This document shows positions 28,727-37,641 of a stretch of 63,567 bases of DNA, piece after piece. The position numbers and the translations under genes were made by a program. The stretch comes from a virus (taxonomy: Duplodnaviria > Caudoviricetes), in the IMG/VR virus record IMGVR_UViG_3300036783_000072, positions 1-63,567 of that record; one strand, 5' to 3'. A model generated the notes under the pieces. That model saw only the letters and a list, made by a program, of their open reading frames with translations, made no database searches and had not been told where the DNA came from. How positions within the stretch are numbered: position 1 is the first letter of the stretch; the number at the start of each line of letters is the position of its first letter.

Positions 28727-31264
28727 CTAGAGCTGTTCTAAGTCCTTATACCACTGCTCTTCATAAATCGGTGCTACCTTTGCTGACTCTATATCTAACC
28801 ATTCCTGAAGTGGCATTGACTTGAATTGTTTGTTACCTTCTGCATCTTTCTCTTCCCATTCTAAGCATTCTGACTTCTGGTTCAATGCTTTAAGATCTCC
28901 CCAAGTAAAACCGATATCTGTATCAGATTCAAATGGAATGTCATAACCGAATAAACGTTTAGGTACATTAATCATGTGGTTATTTACTAATCTACTAAGC
29001 TCTAAGATTACATCTGCTTCCGCAGGTACATAGAACATGATGGAGTCATGCACCAAATTGACGATAACACTATCGCGTTTCAACACTTCTGGTTCTAATT
29101 CCATTGCGGCTGTAACAGTTGTATCTGATGATGCTGATTGTATCGGGAAGTTACGTGCCTCGTTTTGTAAACCATGTAATGATTCAGGTGTTACTAATCC
29201 GAAACGTCTTCTTCTTCCGAAAGGTGTCTCTAAGTAATAACCTTTAGTTACTGCTTCAGCACACCATAACAGATACTTCTTAGCCCCTGGATAAGTGTTC
29301 ATCCAACCATCAACCATCTTCTGAGCCTCTTCCATACTAACGTTAAATTCATCGACGAATGATTTCGCCTCACGGCCATAAGGAATACCAAAGTTAACTG
29401 CCTTGGCTCTCATACGATCTTGCTTGGTATAGTTATCTCCCCAGATACCTTGTGCGGTTTCATCATGAAGATTTCGTCCCTCAACAAATACAGCCTTAAG
29501 TACCGGACATTGGCTCAAACAAGATAACCAACGCAACTCTGCACCAGTATAGTCACACTCCATTACAATATAACCTTTTGGTGCTAAGAATGATCTACGA
29601 ACATTACCTACACCGAATGCTGACGGAATGTTCTGCACGTTAGGTTCCTTACTAGATAAACGACCTGTTGCCGTAACCTGTAATGAGAAGTTTGTTCTAA
29701 CTCTTCCATCAGTATCTCGCCATTTTAAAAGACCTTTAACATATGTCGAATACTCTTTTGCGACCTTACGATGTTTCATAACCATCTTGATTAACTCTGG
29801 CGGATCTTCTATTGAATCCAGTATAGCTGCTCCAGTAGATAAACCTTTTCTAATCCTCGGACGTAGTTTAAGCTTCTTAAATACCATCCATTGCATCTGT
29901 TTCGAACTTGCCGGGTTAAATAGGTCTGGTGCGGTTTTAGCATCCATTTCAAACTTATATAATTCTGGATCCCAGTCCGGTGCTGCTAGTGTATGGATCT
30001 GATCCATGATACCGGCCAATATCTGTTCGTACTCTTCTCCATAACCTTCTAACACTGAAGGATTTACTAACAGACCATTCTGCTCAACTCTAGCTAAGAA
30101 CGGGGCTGCGGGCATAATCAAATTATGATATACTTTGTCTAATGCTGGTTCTTTAGCCAATTCAGCTAATAGAACATCTTCCAATTGGTATGTCATGTCA
30201 CAGTCAACTGCTACACGTTCGCATAACGACTCAAACCACTCTGGATAATTCTCTAATGTTATAGCCTTGAAGTTCTGATTCATCTTGTACTTATATGCTT
30301 CTGCCTGTAAGAATACTTTGGACAAATGCTCCAAGTCATGTGCCGATGTCTCATCTAACGTATAGTGCATGTACATAACATCATGATCCAAAGGTACCGT
30401 TGCAACTTTCCTACGCCACATTATCTTCGTATCATACTTGCCATGCTGCCAAGTCCACTTTAGGTTTTCTAGGGCAAAGAATTCCTTAACACGATGTCTC
30501 ATTTCTCTTGGAATGACAAAAACCTTATTCTTGTCAAATCCAATACCCAGAACTAGAAACTCAACTATACGATAGTCTAAACCAGTGGTCTCCATATCGG
30601 CTGATACTCTCGTTTTAGTTGCCAGGAACTTAAGTGCTTGATCACACAACTCTTCCGTATCTAGTATCTGATAAGCTACCTTACCAGTATCATAAGGTTT
30701 ACCACCTTTGAACAAAGTTGCAACTAATTGAAGTGAAGCTAGGAAGGGTTTATAATCCCCCGGGGATCTCATAATCAACGCAGGGTGCAATAATGGGACT
30801 GCTATGACACTTTCATTTACACCAGGTATAGGCGTTACACGTCCCATTACCTGCATTACTTTAATATTCGTATCCCCATAAACTGTTTGTATTGCCGTCT
30901 TACCTAATATTAAAACAATACGTGGTTTGACCGCATTAATCTCTTCTATGATGTTACTAAAACAGTTCCTAGGAATCTCATTGGGTATCTGTTTACCTTT
31001 TCGCTTTGGATAAGCACACTTGATTGCCGTAGTATAATAAACCTTATCATCGGCAACAGGTAATCCGACTTTGGCCATTGTCTTTCTTAATATGTCTGCT
31101 GCCGGTCCATCTAGATAAGAATTACGTTTTATTTCTATTGTATTTGGCGAATCACCAATTACCATTATCTCCGTCTCACTAGGTAAGTTACGTACCCCTA
31201 CCTTAGTGAATGGAGTTCCTTTACAGCCACCACATGTAGCAAAGCTAGGACAAAAGGTACTCAT
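28727..31264 (-). CDS. polA: Family A DNA polymerase with N-terminal family-4 UDG-like domain
   Basis: N-term C..C, IGDSP, KC, KPRIVLILG, HPA; 3'-5' exonuclease DMET/KYD; TGRLSS..PNVQNIP, DYTGAELR, RMRAKAVNFG..YG, VHDS. Confidence 0.95.
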   Translation of the reverse strand: MSTFCPSFATCGGCKGTPFTKVGVRNLPSETEIMVIGDSPNTIEIKRNSYLDGPAADILRKTMAKVGLPVADDKVYYTTAIKCAYPKRKGKQIPNEIPRNCFSNIIEEINAVKPRIVLILGKTAIQTVYGDTNIKVMQVMGRVTPIPGVNESVIAVPLLHPALIMRSPGDYKPFLASLQLVATLFKGGKPYDTGKVAYQILDTEELCDQALKFLATKTRVSADMETTGLDYRIVEFLVLGIGFDKNKVFVIPREMRHRVKEFFALENLKWTWQHGKYDTKIMWRRKVATVPLDHDVMYMHYTLDETSAHDLEHLSKVFLQAEAYKYKMNQNFKAITLENYPEWFESLCERVAVDCDMTYQLEDVLLAELAKEPALDKVYHNLIMPAAPFLARVEQNGLLVNPSVLEGYGEEYEQILAGIMDQIHTLAAPDWDPELYKFEMDAKTAPDLFNPASSKQMQWMVFKKLKLRPRIRKGLSTGAAILDSIEDPPELIKMVMKHRKVAKEYSTYVKGLLKWRDTDGRVRTNFSLQVTATGRLSSKEPNVQNIPSAFGVGNVRRSFLAPKGYIVMECDYTGAELRWLSCLSQCPVLKAVFVEGRNLHDETAQGIWGDNYTKQDRMRAKAVNFGIPYGREAKSFVDEFNVSMEEAQKMVDGWMNTYPGAKKYLLWCAEAVTKGYYLETPFGRRRRFGLVTPESLHGLQNEARNFPIQSASSDTTVTAAMELEPEVLKRDSVIVNLVHDSIMFYVPAEADVILELSRLVNNHMINVPKRLFGYDIPFESDTDIGFTWGDLKALNQKSECLEWEEKDAEGNKQFKSMPLQEWLDIESAKVAPIYEEQWYKDLEQL

Positions 31265-31275
31265 AAGACACCACC

Positions 31276-32061
31276 TTAAAAGATTCTCTTAATATTTGAG
31301 TCTTCAACCTTGCCGTGACATTCATGTTTCCAGAAACCAATATTCAGACTCAATAAGTCGTCGTCTACTGTTGTTGCTTTAAAGTCAATCGGATCTTGTG
31401 GTCGAACATCTTCTGTGATACGTAATCCCTCTGTTGAATATGCCCAAGCGATTGCACTATCAACGCCACGCACAGCTTTTATCTTACCTTGCCTAATATA
31501 GTTCTCTATGATCTTTAATTCTAACGGATTTTCCCAGCATCCTAACAAATGTATCTCCTTTTCACCAATTACATCTTGGATTGCCGTTATTGCTTTAAGT
31601 CTTGCATGTGGGTCCCCCGTTAACTTAGTTAGTATCTTCGGTACGCCGATAGTATCAACAGGCCACTTACAAAGCTCTTTAGCACAAGCAACCCAATCTT
31701 CGAAGTTATGACCTTGAGGAACCGCCATTGTTCTAATATTAGGATGATGCTTCTTAACATATGCCAAAGCCTCCCAAGTAGAATCCAATGTCCCTGCATG
31801 ATCCTGGAATACATCATTCAGAATCATTTCCTGTGCACCGATCAGTTTCGCCTTTTCGACTAACTCTTCAATCGGACGTGCATTACCTTCGATCAAACCA
31901 GTGTCCAACATAACAAAGGCACCGTCATTAGCCATCTTAGTAAAGAAGCTTGTATAGTCTTCAAAACCAGGTGCATCAACCATATGCGCTAGTGCCATAT
32001 GGTAATCATCATCCTTCGCGTACCTTAAGAATCTCTGTGGTAGTATAGTTGCTGCTTTCAT
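31276..32061 (-). CDS. dpdA: TGT-superfamily transglycosylase, probable DpdA-like 7-deazaguanine DNA insertase
   Basis: MLDTG, VPQG, IHLLG, GVDSA match TGT catalytic motifs; co-located with queC/D/E and folE; start set at ATG 32061. Confidence 0.7.
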   Translation of the reverse strand: MKAATILPQRFLRYAKDDDYHMALAHMVDAPGFEDYTSFFTKMANDGAFVMLDTGLIEGNARPIEELVEKAKLIGAQEMILNDVFQDHAGTLDSTWEALAYVKKHHPNIRTMAVPQGHNFEDWVACAKELCKWPVDTIGVPKILTKLTGDPHARLKAITAIQDVIGEKEIHLLGCWENPLELKIIENYIRQGKIKAVRGVDSAIAWAYSTEGLRITEDVRPQDPIDFKATTVDDDLLSLNIGFWKHECHGKVEDSNIKRIF

Positions 32062-32270
32062 ATAGTCATTTCCCCCTCGATGATTTCTATTTTCATAATT
32101 CCAGCACCAGCATAGTAAGGTAAATCGCCACTTTCTAATGTCCAACGAATAGCATCTCTGCGATCAGCTGTCTTCTTCCAACCGTATAGATAAATACCCA
32201 AATCTCCCGTAACTTTAACTACAATTTCGTCCTCACGGATTTCTGCTGGATTATCTGAATACTTTGCCAT
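32058..32270 (-). CDS. Hypothetical protein coupled to the dpdA-like gene
   Basis: GGGGAG RBS; ATGA overlap with the next gene. Confidence 0.55.
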   Translation of the reverse strand: MAKYSDNPAEIREDEIVVKVTGDLGIYLYGWKKTADRRDAIRWTLESGDLPYYAGAGIMKIEIIEGEMTI

Positions 32271-32338
32271 ACTCTCTCCCCATCCCTTAATTAAATACCC
32301 CAACCCCGGTTTCGTACCAGGTTGGGGTGATACTGAAA

Positions 32339-32560
32339 TTAAATTAAGCCTGTCCACTTGCTAATGGCATAGATCATCCACGCCATAAAACCGAGTACAG
32401 CTAGCAACATTACAAACCACACAAGAAAGATACCTTTGAAAGCTGTATTGAATAACTTGTCGTTTGCTTGCTCCATGTGCATCTTTCTTACTTGATGTTC
32501 TTTCACACGACTATCAAACTCTTCACGTCGACGTAAAGGAATTACTTTCTTCGCCATCAA
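32339..32560 (-). CDS. Small membrane protein
   Basis: C-terminal hydrophobic helix; coupled to queC. Confidence 0.6.
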   Translation of the reverse strand: MMAKKVIPLRRREEFDSRVKEHQVRKMHMEQANDKLFNTAFKGIFLVWFVMLLAVLGFMAWMIYAISKWTGLI

Positions 32561-33249
32561 AGAATATCGCCTGCGTATGTGATCGGGTCTAAGATATTGT
32601 TCTGTGCAAAGGCTTCAAGTCTATCAATACAAGTACTACAAACACCACAAGCAACTTCTCCGCCTTCATAACAACTCCAAGATAACTCATACGGTGCGTC
32701 ATGACGAATCCCGAGAGCAACAACATCACCTTTATTAAGATCAATCAGTGGTGCCTTAACAAGTACCTTGTTACCAGTACCTACAAAGATACCCTTACCG
32801 AAAGCATCGTAAAATTCCATAGAGCAATCCGGATAAGCATTACCTGCCGCGTCATCAGAATGTGCCCCATAAACAACAACAGAAGCATCAACGGAATAAG
32901 CAATAGCAGCCGCATAACTTAAGAACAGACCATTACGGAAAGGAACATAGGTAGGTGCAATGCCTTTCTCTTCTAACTGCTCTTTATATGTTCCCGTAGG
33001 CATCTCAGCTTGTCCTAATAGCGGATTGTTTTCCTCGAAAGTAAATACCGTTGACAGATCGCGTACTACATGAGTAACTCCGTAATGCTCGGCAATTGCC
33101 TTTGCACTTTCAAGTTCTTTGTTATGTTTCTGTCCGTAGAACATTGTTAAAGCCATCACGTTGGCTGCTCCGTGGGCTTCTACAGCCAAAGCCAAGCATG
33201 TTGTTGAATCGATCCCACCACTAAATAATACTACTGCTTCTTTTTTCAT
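32557..33249 (-). CDS. queC: 7-cyano-7-deazaguanine synthase
   Basis: SGGIDST, YGQ, TYVPFRN, YPDC, SC..CGVCSTC..R. Confidence 0.95.
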   Translation of the reverse strand: MKKEAVVLFSGGIDSTTCLALAVEAHGAANVMALTMFYGQKHNKELESAKAIAEHYGVTHVVRDLSTVFTFEENNPLLGQAEMPTGTYKEQLEEKGIAPTYVPFRNGLFLSYAAAIAYSVDASVVVYGAHSDDAAGNAYPDCSMEFYDAFGKGIFVGTGNKVLVKAPLIDLNKGDVVALGIRHDAPYELSWSCYEGGEVACGVCSTCIDRLEAFAQNNILDPITYAGDIL

Positions 33250-33250
33250 C

Positions 33251-33886
33251 CTAAAGTCCTCCTCGTTTGTATGCTTTACCACTGTAATGACGTTTGATGT
33301 GTTGTATTGCTAAAGCGAACACTTCATCCTTTGTCAGGTGTGTCGAATCAATTTCACCCTTAGGTAATCGCATGTTCATGTTTACGTAAGTGTTATTGAA
33401 GAACTCTTCATAACGTCGATGTATATCGGCTAACTGTTCTACTGCTACTTCATCGTCTCCACGTATGCGTAATCGTTCTGCTAGTACATCGACATCAGCT
33501 GTTACGTAAAGGAATAACACATCCACCTTACGTAACTCTTTGTTGAATGAACGCAGATTGTCCATTACTACTGATGTTCTACGACCGTAATGATATTCAT
33601 AGATAATGTCATCCGGGAATTGCCAACGATCCATAATAACCCCTTTACCTGTTACCTTCGGATCATATTCAGCCAATTGTCGTCGCAAGTGAGGCATAAT
33701 CTCACAACGTTCTGTAATACGTAATCCTTTGACTACTGTTGCACCTGTATGCGCTGCAAGTGCTTCAATGAGGCCAGTCTTGCCGGAACAATCAGGACCT
33801 ACTACAACTACGAATGCTTGGTTCATTGCTTCTTGTGCTTCTATTCCCACCACCTGGTACGCCTCCTTATTTACCCGTGCTGCCAA
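33251..33886 (-). CDS. Deoxynucleoside monophosphate (thymidylate-like) kinase
   Basis: P-loop GPDCSGKT, DRW, R..RG lid. Confidence 0.8.
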   Translation of the reverse strand: MAARVNKEAYQVVGIEAQEAMNQAFVVVVGPDCSGKTGLIEALAAHTGATVVKGLRITERCEIMPHLRRQLAEYDPKVTGKGVIMDRWQFPDDIIYEYHYGRRTSVVMDNLRSFNKELRKVDVLFLYVTADVDVLAERLRIRGDDEVAVEQLADIHRRYEEFFNNTYVNMNMRLPKGEIDSTHLTKDEVFALAIQHIKRHYSGKAYKRGGL

Positions 33887-34337
33887 CGCCGCCGGTTCTA
33901 ATTCTTAGGTCTTCATCTCTCTCGTTATCAGCTAATAGATAGGGAGTAAATACTCCCTGTGCTATTCTATCCCCCGGGTTAACTATATATGGTGTAGGTC
34001 CCAAGTTACGAAGAACAATTGTAAAGCCTCCGTCATTCTTCGGATTATTGTAGAAGTCGGCATCAATGACACCTGTGGTGTTTGCCAACATTACATCGTA
34101 TACGATACCCTGATTACTTCGCGGATATAGCTTGAATACTTCATTATCCTGCATATACACCTTCACATCGGTCGGAAACTCCATCTTGTCTCCTGGTTCA
34201 AGGACACCACCAGTCAGTGCAAAGATATCATACCCAGCAGCCTTCGTCGTACTTCGTCTCGGTAGTATAACTTCGGCTCCCGGAACTCTCCTAGCCCAAT
34301 CAGCTACAACCTCAAAACCACGAATCTTGATTGTCAT
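33867..34337 (-). CDS. dut: Trimeric dUTPase
   Basis: AGYD, PRS, GVIDADF, RIAQG, RTGGVGSTG motifs. Confidence 0.95.
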   Translation of the reverse strand: MTIKIRGFEVVADWARRVPGAEVILPRRSTTKAAGYDIFALTGGVLEPGDKMEFPTDVKVYMQDNEVFKLYPRSNQGIVYDVMLANTTGVIDADFYNNPKNDGGFTIVLRNLGPTPYIVNPGDRIAQGVFTPYLLADNERDEDLRIRTGGVGSTGK

Positions 34338-34503
34338 CACATGCTTCACTCCCTACGATGTCTTTATATAAAGCTTCCAATTGACCTAAATCTTCCTCCA
34401 GTGCTTTGAAACCAGTACCTTCTGGATTCGCTTGAGCATCTTGAAGATGACTCGTCATTTGTTCGATAATTTCGCACATAATAATCTTTCGGTTTTTGTT
34501 CAC
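34312..34503 (-). CDS. Hypothetical protein
   Basis: GAAAGGGTG RBS with GTG start. Confidence 0.5.
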   Translation of the reverse strand: MNKNRKIIMCEIIEQMTSHLQDAQANPEGTGFKALEEDLGQLEALYKDIVGSEACDDNQDSWF

Positions 34504-34744
34504 AATGCTTCACCCTTTCTGGGAGAGCACCGGCAGCAGCTCTGGCTCGTATCCGATGCTTCAATTGTTGGAATCTAACAGTATCTGCTATCATATTTCT
34601 TTCCACGACTTTTTAGCCATTTCTGGCGCTTAGTGTAACAAGGTATACAAACACCCTTATGAGTTGTATCTCTCGAGTGTATCTTCATACTTTTTGCCTG
34701 TATTACAGGCTCCTTGCACTTACCACAGACCATGGTAAAAGACA

Positions 34745-34933
34745 TTATAACTCCTCCTCATCTTTTTCCCAGGCCGCTACCGTTTTCATTAACTCCGCGA
34801 ACCAAAGACTTATAACCACAATACTGAAAAGAAGTCGTCCGATGGTTGCACTCCAACCAGTACCCCAAACAACCTGATACGCAAGACTACAAATACAACA
34901 TAGGGAAAATAAACGCCATAACAACATGATCAC
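34745..34933 (-). CDS. Small two-TM membrane protein
   Basis: Hydrophobic; overlaps the folE stop. Confidence 0.5.
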   Translation of the reverse strand: MIMLLWRLFSLCCICSLAYQVVWGTGWSATIGRLLFSIVVISLWFAELMKTVAAWEKDEEEL

Positions 34934-35601
34934 CCCTTGATAAGACTTAGCACTTCTAAGCGTGCTGCATCATTTGTTCTGAAAACGCCCCGCATTGAAG
35001 ATGTTACTGTCGAAGCACCTTTCTTCTTAACTCCGCGACCACACATACAATAATGCTCGGCTTCAATGACAACAGCTACACCTAGAGGATCCAATACTTC
35101 TTGGATTGTGTTTGCGATATCCGTTGTTAAACGTTCTTGTACTTGGAATCTATTAGCAAAGGCATCAGTAAGTCTAGCAAACTTTGATAGCCCGGTGATA
35201 ACATTATTACGTGGAATGTAAGCAATATGAGCTGTTCCAAAGAATGGTGCAAAGTGATGTTCACACATCGAATTGAATGGAATATCCTTAATAAGAACCA
35301 TTTCATCAAATTCCACGTCAAAGCTTTTACCTAGGATTGCTTTTGGATCCTCTGAGTATCCTTTTGTATACTCCATAAATGCTTTGAACACACGAAATGG
35401 CGTTTCTTGTAAACCATTACGTTCTGGATCGTCACCTGCAACTAACATCATACCTCTTAAACCATCCATAAAAGCTTCCGTGTTAGACACAACACCTTCA
35501 TAAGCAAAATCAATCTCAGGACGCGTGTCCGTAAGCTTCTGAAGTTGTTTGCTTGTTAGGCTATACTCTGCTGGAATGGCTTCGAATTTATCTTTTGACA
35601 T
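34930..35601 (-). CDS. folE: GTP cyclohydrolase I
   Basis: ETP.RV, SMCEHH, GLSK, QVQERLT, H.CM..RGV. Confidence 0.95.
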   Translation of the reverse strand: MSKDKFEAIPAEYSLTSKQLQKLTDTRPEIDFAYEGVVSNTEAFMDGLRGMMLVAGDDPERNGLQETPFRVFKAFMEYTKGYSEDPKAILGKSFDVEFDEMVLIKDIPFNSMCEHHFAPFFGTAHIAYIPRNNVITGLSKFARLTDAFANRFQVQERLTTDIANTIQEVLDPLGVAVVIEAEHYCMCGRGVKKKGASTVTSSMRGVFRTNDAARLEVLSLIKG

Positions 35602-35676
35602 GTAGTACTCCCTCTACGCCTGTGCGTGTTATATTTTAAGGATTGGAACTTGTGGCCCCTCTCCGATGTTAACATT

Positions 35677-35708
35677 AAAAAATCGGAACGCCTACACGAC
35701 GCTCCGAT
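35677..35708 (-). terminator. Intrinsic terminator after SSB gene
   Basis: ATCGGAGCG/CGTTCCGAT stem followed by T run on the minus strand. Confidence 0.75.
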
Positions 35709-35717
35709 GCTTTTAAA

Positions 35718-36224
35718 TTAAACGAATGATCCAGACGTTGCAGCCAAGATATCTTTTACTTGGTTACGTTTTTCGCCTTTATAATCGCCTTTCTTCTGAG
35801 TTGTAATGTTAACCACTACTTGCAATTCACGACCGATTGCAGTACCTTCATCTGCGAACGCTTGCGGATTGAATGAAGCCATGTTAGCTTCTGGTACTAC
35901 ACGGTTAAGGAACTTCTTAAGCTTACCTAAGCCAAAGTCTTTACCATTTCCAGCAAGTACCCAATAGTCAAACAGCACACGTTTCTCAAACTCACCTTCA
36001 ACGATTTTGTACTTAACAGTGAACATTGGGTTGCCTGTTGAAGACTCACCAAATTCTAACTCGTCAACTACTGCAGCATACGTACCTTTTGGTAATAATT
36101 CAAAACCTTTATCTTCCTCAACATCATTAAGGTTGAAAACTAAACCACCATTGTCCGTACCTGTGTTAACTGTAGAACCACCTGTTAAATCCATACCTGC
36201 GCCGTTTAAGAAATCTTCTGTCAT
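35718..36224 (-). CDS. DUF669-like single-stranded DNA-binding protein
   Basis: FELLPKGTY..S.GNPM..GEFEKR.LFD..RNQVK; GAGGAGG RBS before ATG 36224; same arm as the Sak4-like gene. Confidence 0.75.
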   Translation of the reverse strand: MTEDFLNGAGMDLTGGSTVNTGTDNGGLVFNLNDVEEDKGFELLPKGTYAAVVDELEFGESSTGNPMFTVKYKIVEGEFEKRVLFDYWVLAGNGKDFGLGKLKKFLNRVVPEANMASFNPQAFADEGTAIGRELQVVVNITTQKKGDYKGEKRNQVKDILAATSGSFV

Positions 36225-36374
36225 GCTAATTTCCTCCTCTGTGTCAACACATTTGATTCCTTTGGAATCTGTTCCCGACCATCCACCCTCCATTTTAAAG
36301 CATGGCTGCTTGACTAGCAAATAAGCAAGATACGAACGAATTTGTGTTGTCAAAATCGATCTCTTAATCTCTTG

Positions 36375-36414
36375 CTTATATTTATATAATATGAAAATCG
36401 AATCTCGAATGAAA
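36375..36414 (-). promoter_or_regulatory. Class-B phage promoter
   Basis: TTTCAT-N17-TATTATATAAATATAAG. Confidence 0.8.
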
Positions 36415-36460
36415 TAAATATTCAAAAATAATTAAAATATCTTTTCTGGACCAAAGACCA

Positions 36461-37168
36461 TCACCACATGGTCTTGATATTACCATACTTAGCAACGAGC
36501 GAGGCATAAAGATCTGGCATCTCTTTCTTCACTCTATTCCTTGCATGTACCCAAGCCATTTCTTCAGGGCCAAACATGTCATATACGGTATTCCATAACT
36601 CTGGATCCTCCATACGTACTAGGGCGAACATTTGCTGTACTACTTCGGCAGTATCTTGCTGTGCCCCAGGGGTCCATATTCTCTGCTGGAAGATTGTAAT
36701 TAGTGTTTGGAAATTAAACTGGAACATATAATGCAACTCTGTGCTCATGGGTAGTATAGAACGTGCTGCTTGTAATCTCTTACGTTTGATAGGATCTTCA
36801 CTCGTTGGATCAACACCACAGATTAGCGCTTGATAGTTTGCTATTGACTCGTCAGCTATCTGTTGATATACCGGATCGTTGTCTTCCACCGGAGGAATGA
36901 ACGTAGTACCCTGATTGGCTCTGAGTCCCGCACAAGCCCGCATGTCCGCGGTAGTGTAAGTGATTAGATGGTCATAGACAACTTTCGAAGTCTTAAACTC
37001 GAATCTAGCACTCTCACCTCTAAAGATAGCCAAAGCATGGCGTTTCTTCATAATGCTTAAAGGACGTTTGATGTTATCAACGTCCTCTTTACCCAGATAT
37101 ATTGCGGCGGCTTTCGCCAAGTGCAATCGTTCTGGATCCGTATAACGGGTCATTTCAACCTGCTTCAT
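36461..37168 (-). CDS. ThyX-fold (flavin-dependent thymidylate synthase-like) protein with degenerate signature
   Basis: H in RHALAIF, ARSILP, NFQTL..FQQR, AQQD..V..QM align with ThyX; RHR and the catalytic Ser are absent. Confidence 0.7.
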   Translation of the reverse strand: MKQVEMTRYTDPERLHLAKAAAIYLGKEDVDNIKRPLSIMKKRHALAIFRGESARFEFKTSKVVYDHLITYTTADMRACAGLRANQGTTFIPPVEDNDPVYQQIADESIANYQALICGVDPTSEDPIKRKRLQAARSILPMSTELHYMFQFNFQTLITIFQQRIWTPGAQQDTAEVVQQMFALVRMEDPELWNTVYDMFGPEEMAWVHARNRVKKEMPDLYASLVAKYGNIKTMW

Positions 37169-37347
37169 TCGGCGTCCTCCACACCGTGAATCTCGTGGGT
37201 AGCTGCTTCTAATGCCGCCAAGAAAGCATAACGCTCCCCCAACTGAACCCGGTTTTCTGTTGCTCCTACTGTTATGGAATGTAATCTACCCGGATCTGTC
37301 TCTGCTAGTGGTGCTGCATGTAATTTCCCTGGATCTGTCTCTGCCAT
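37165..37347 (-). CDS. Small protein with tandem AETDPG(K/R)LH repeat
   Basis: GAGGAGG RBS; ATGA overlap with the ThyX-like gene. Confidence 0.6.
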   Translation of the reverse strand: MAETDPGKLHAAPLAETDPGRLHSITVGATENRVQLGERYAFLAALEAATHEIHGVEDAE

Positions 37348-37434
37348 GTTAATTCCTCCTCAAATGGGTTTTGCCTCGCGGCCATAAAGAAATGCTTGCA
37401 GACCAACCACACCCTGGTACGCAAGCCAATAGTT

Positions 37435-37641
37435 TTAATCGTACTGCCAATCAATTGCAACTAGATCTTCTTTTGAAGGATTCCAGCGCTTAGCACTTCT
37501 GCCTTCTGGTGTATATAAGACACAACAATCCCATGTGTCGGTGGGTTCTATGGAGATCCCAGTATTCCAAGATTCTCTATAGACTTTACCATCACTAAGT
37601 GTTTGAGACATTTCAATAGCCGTAGGTAGATTCAATATCAA
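37435..37641 (-). CDS. Hypothetical protein (DUF2829-like C-terminus)
   Basis: R.SW and W.PS..DL.A.DW motif. Confidence 0.6.
   Translation of the reverse strand: MILNLPTAIEMSQTLSDGKVYRESWNTGISIEPTDTWDCCVLYTPEGRSAKRWNPSKEDLVAIDWQYD

Noticed and set aside
28727-31264. Intron or intein in the polymerase, given a free HNH gene
   Set aside because: The polymerase ORF is continuous with normal motif spacing; I saw no splice or intein motifs in it, in terL or in the primase.
35602-35676. preQ1 riboswitch or tRNA fragment upstream of folE (GTTCCAATCC, A-rich tail)
   Set aside because: Only a 3-bp stem is possible; there is no cloverleaf or convincing preQ1-I P1/loop consensus.
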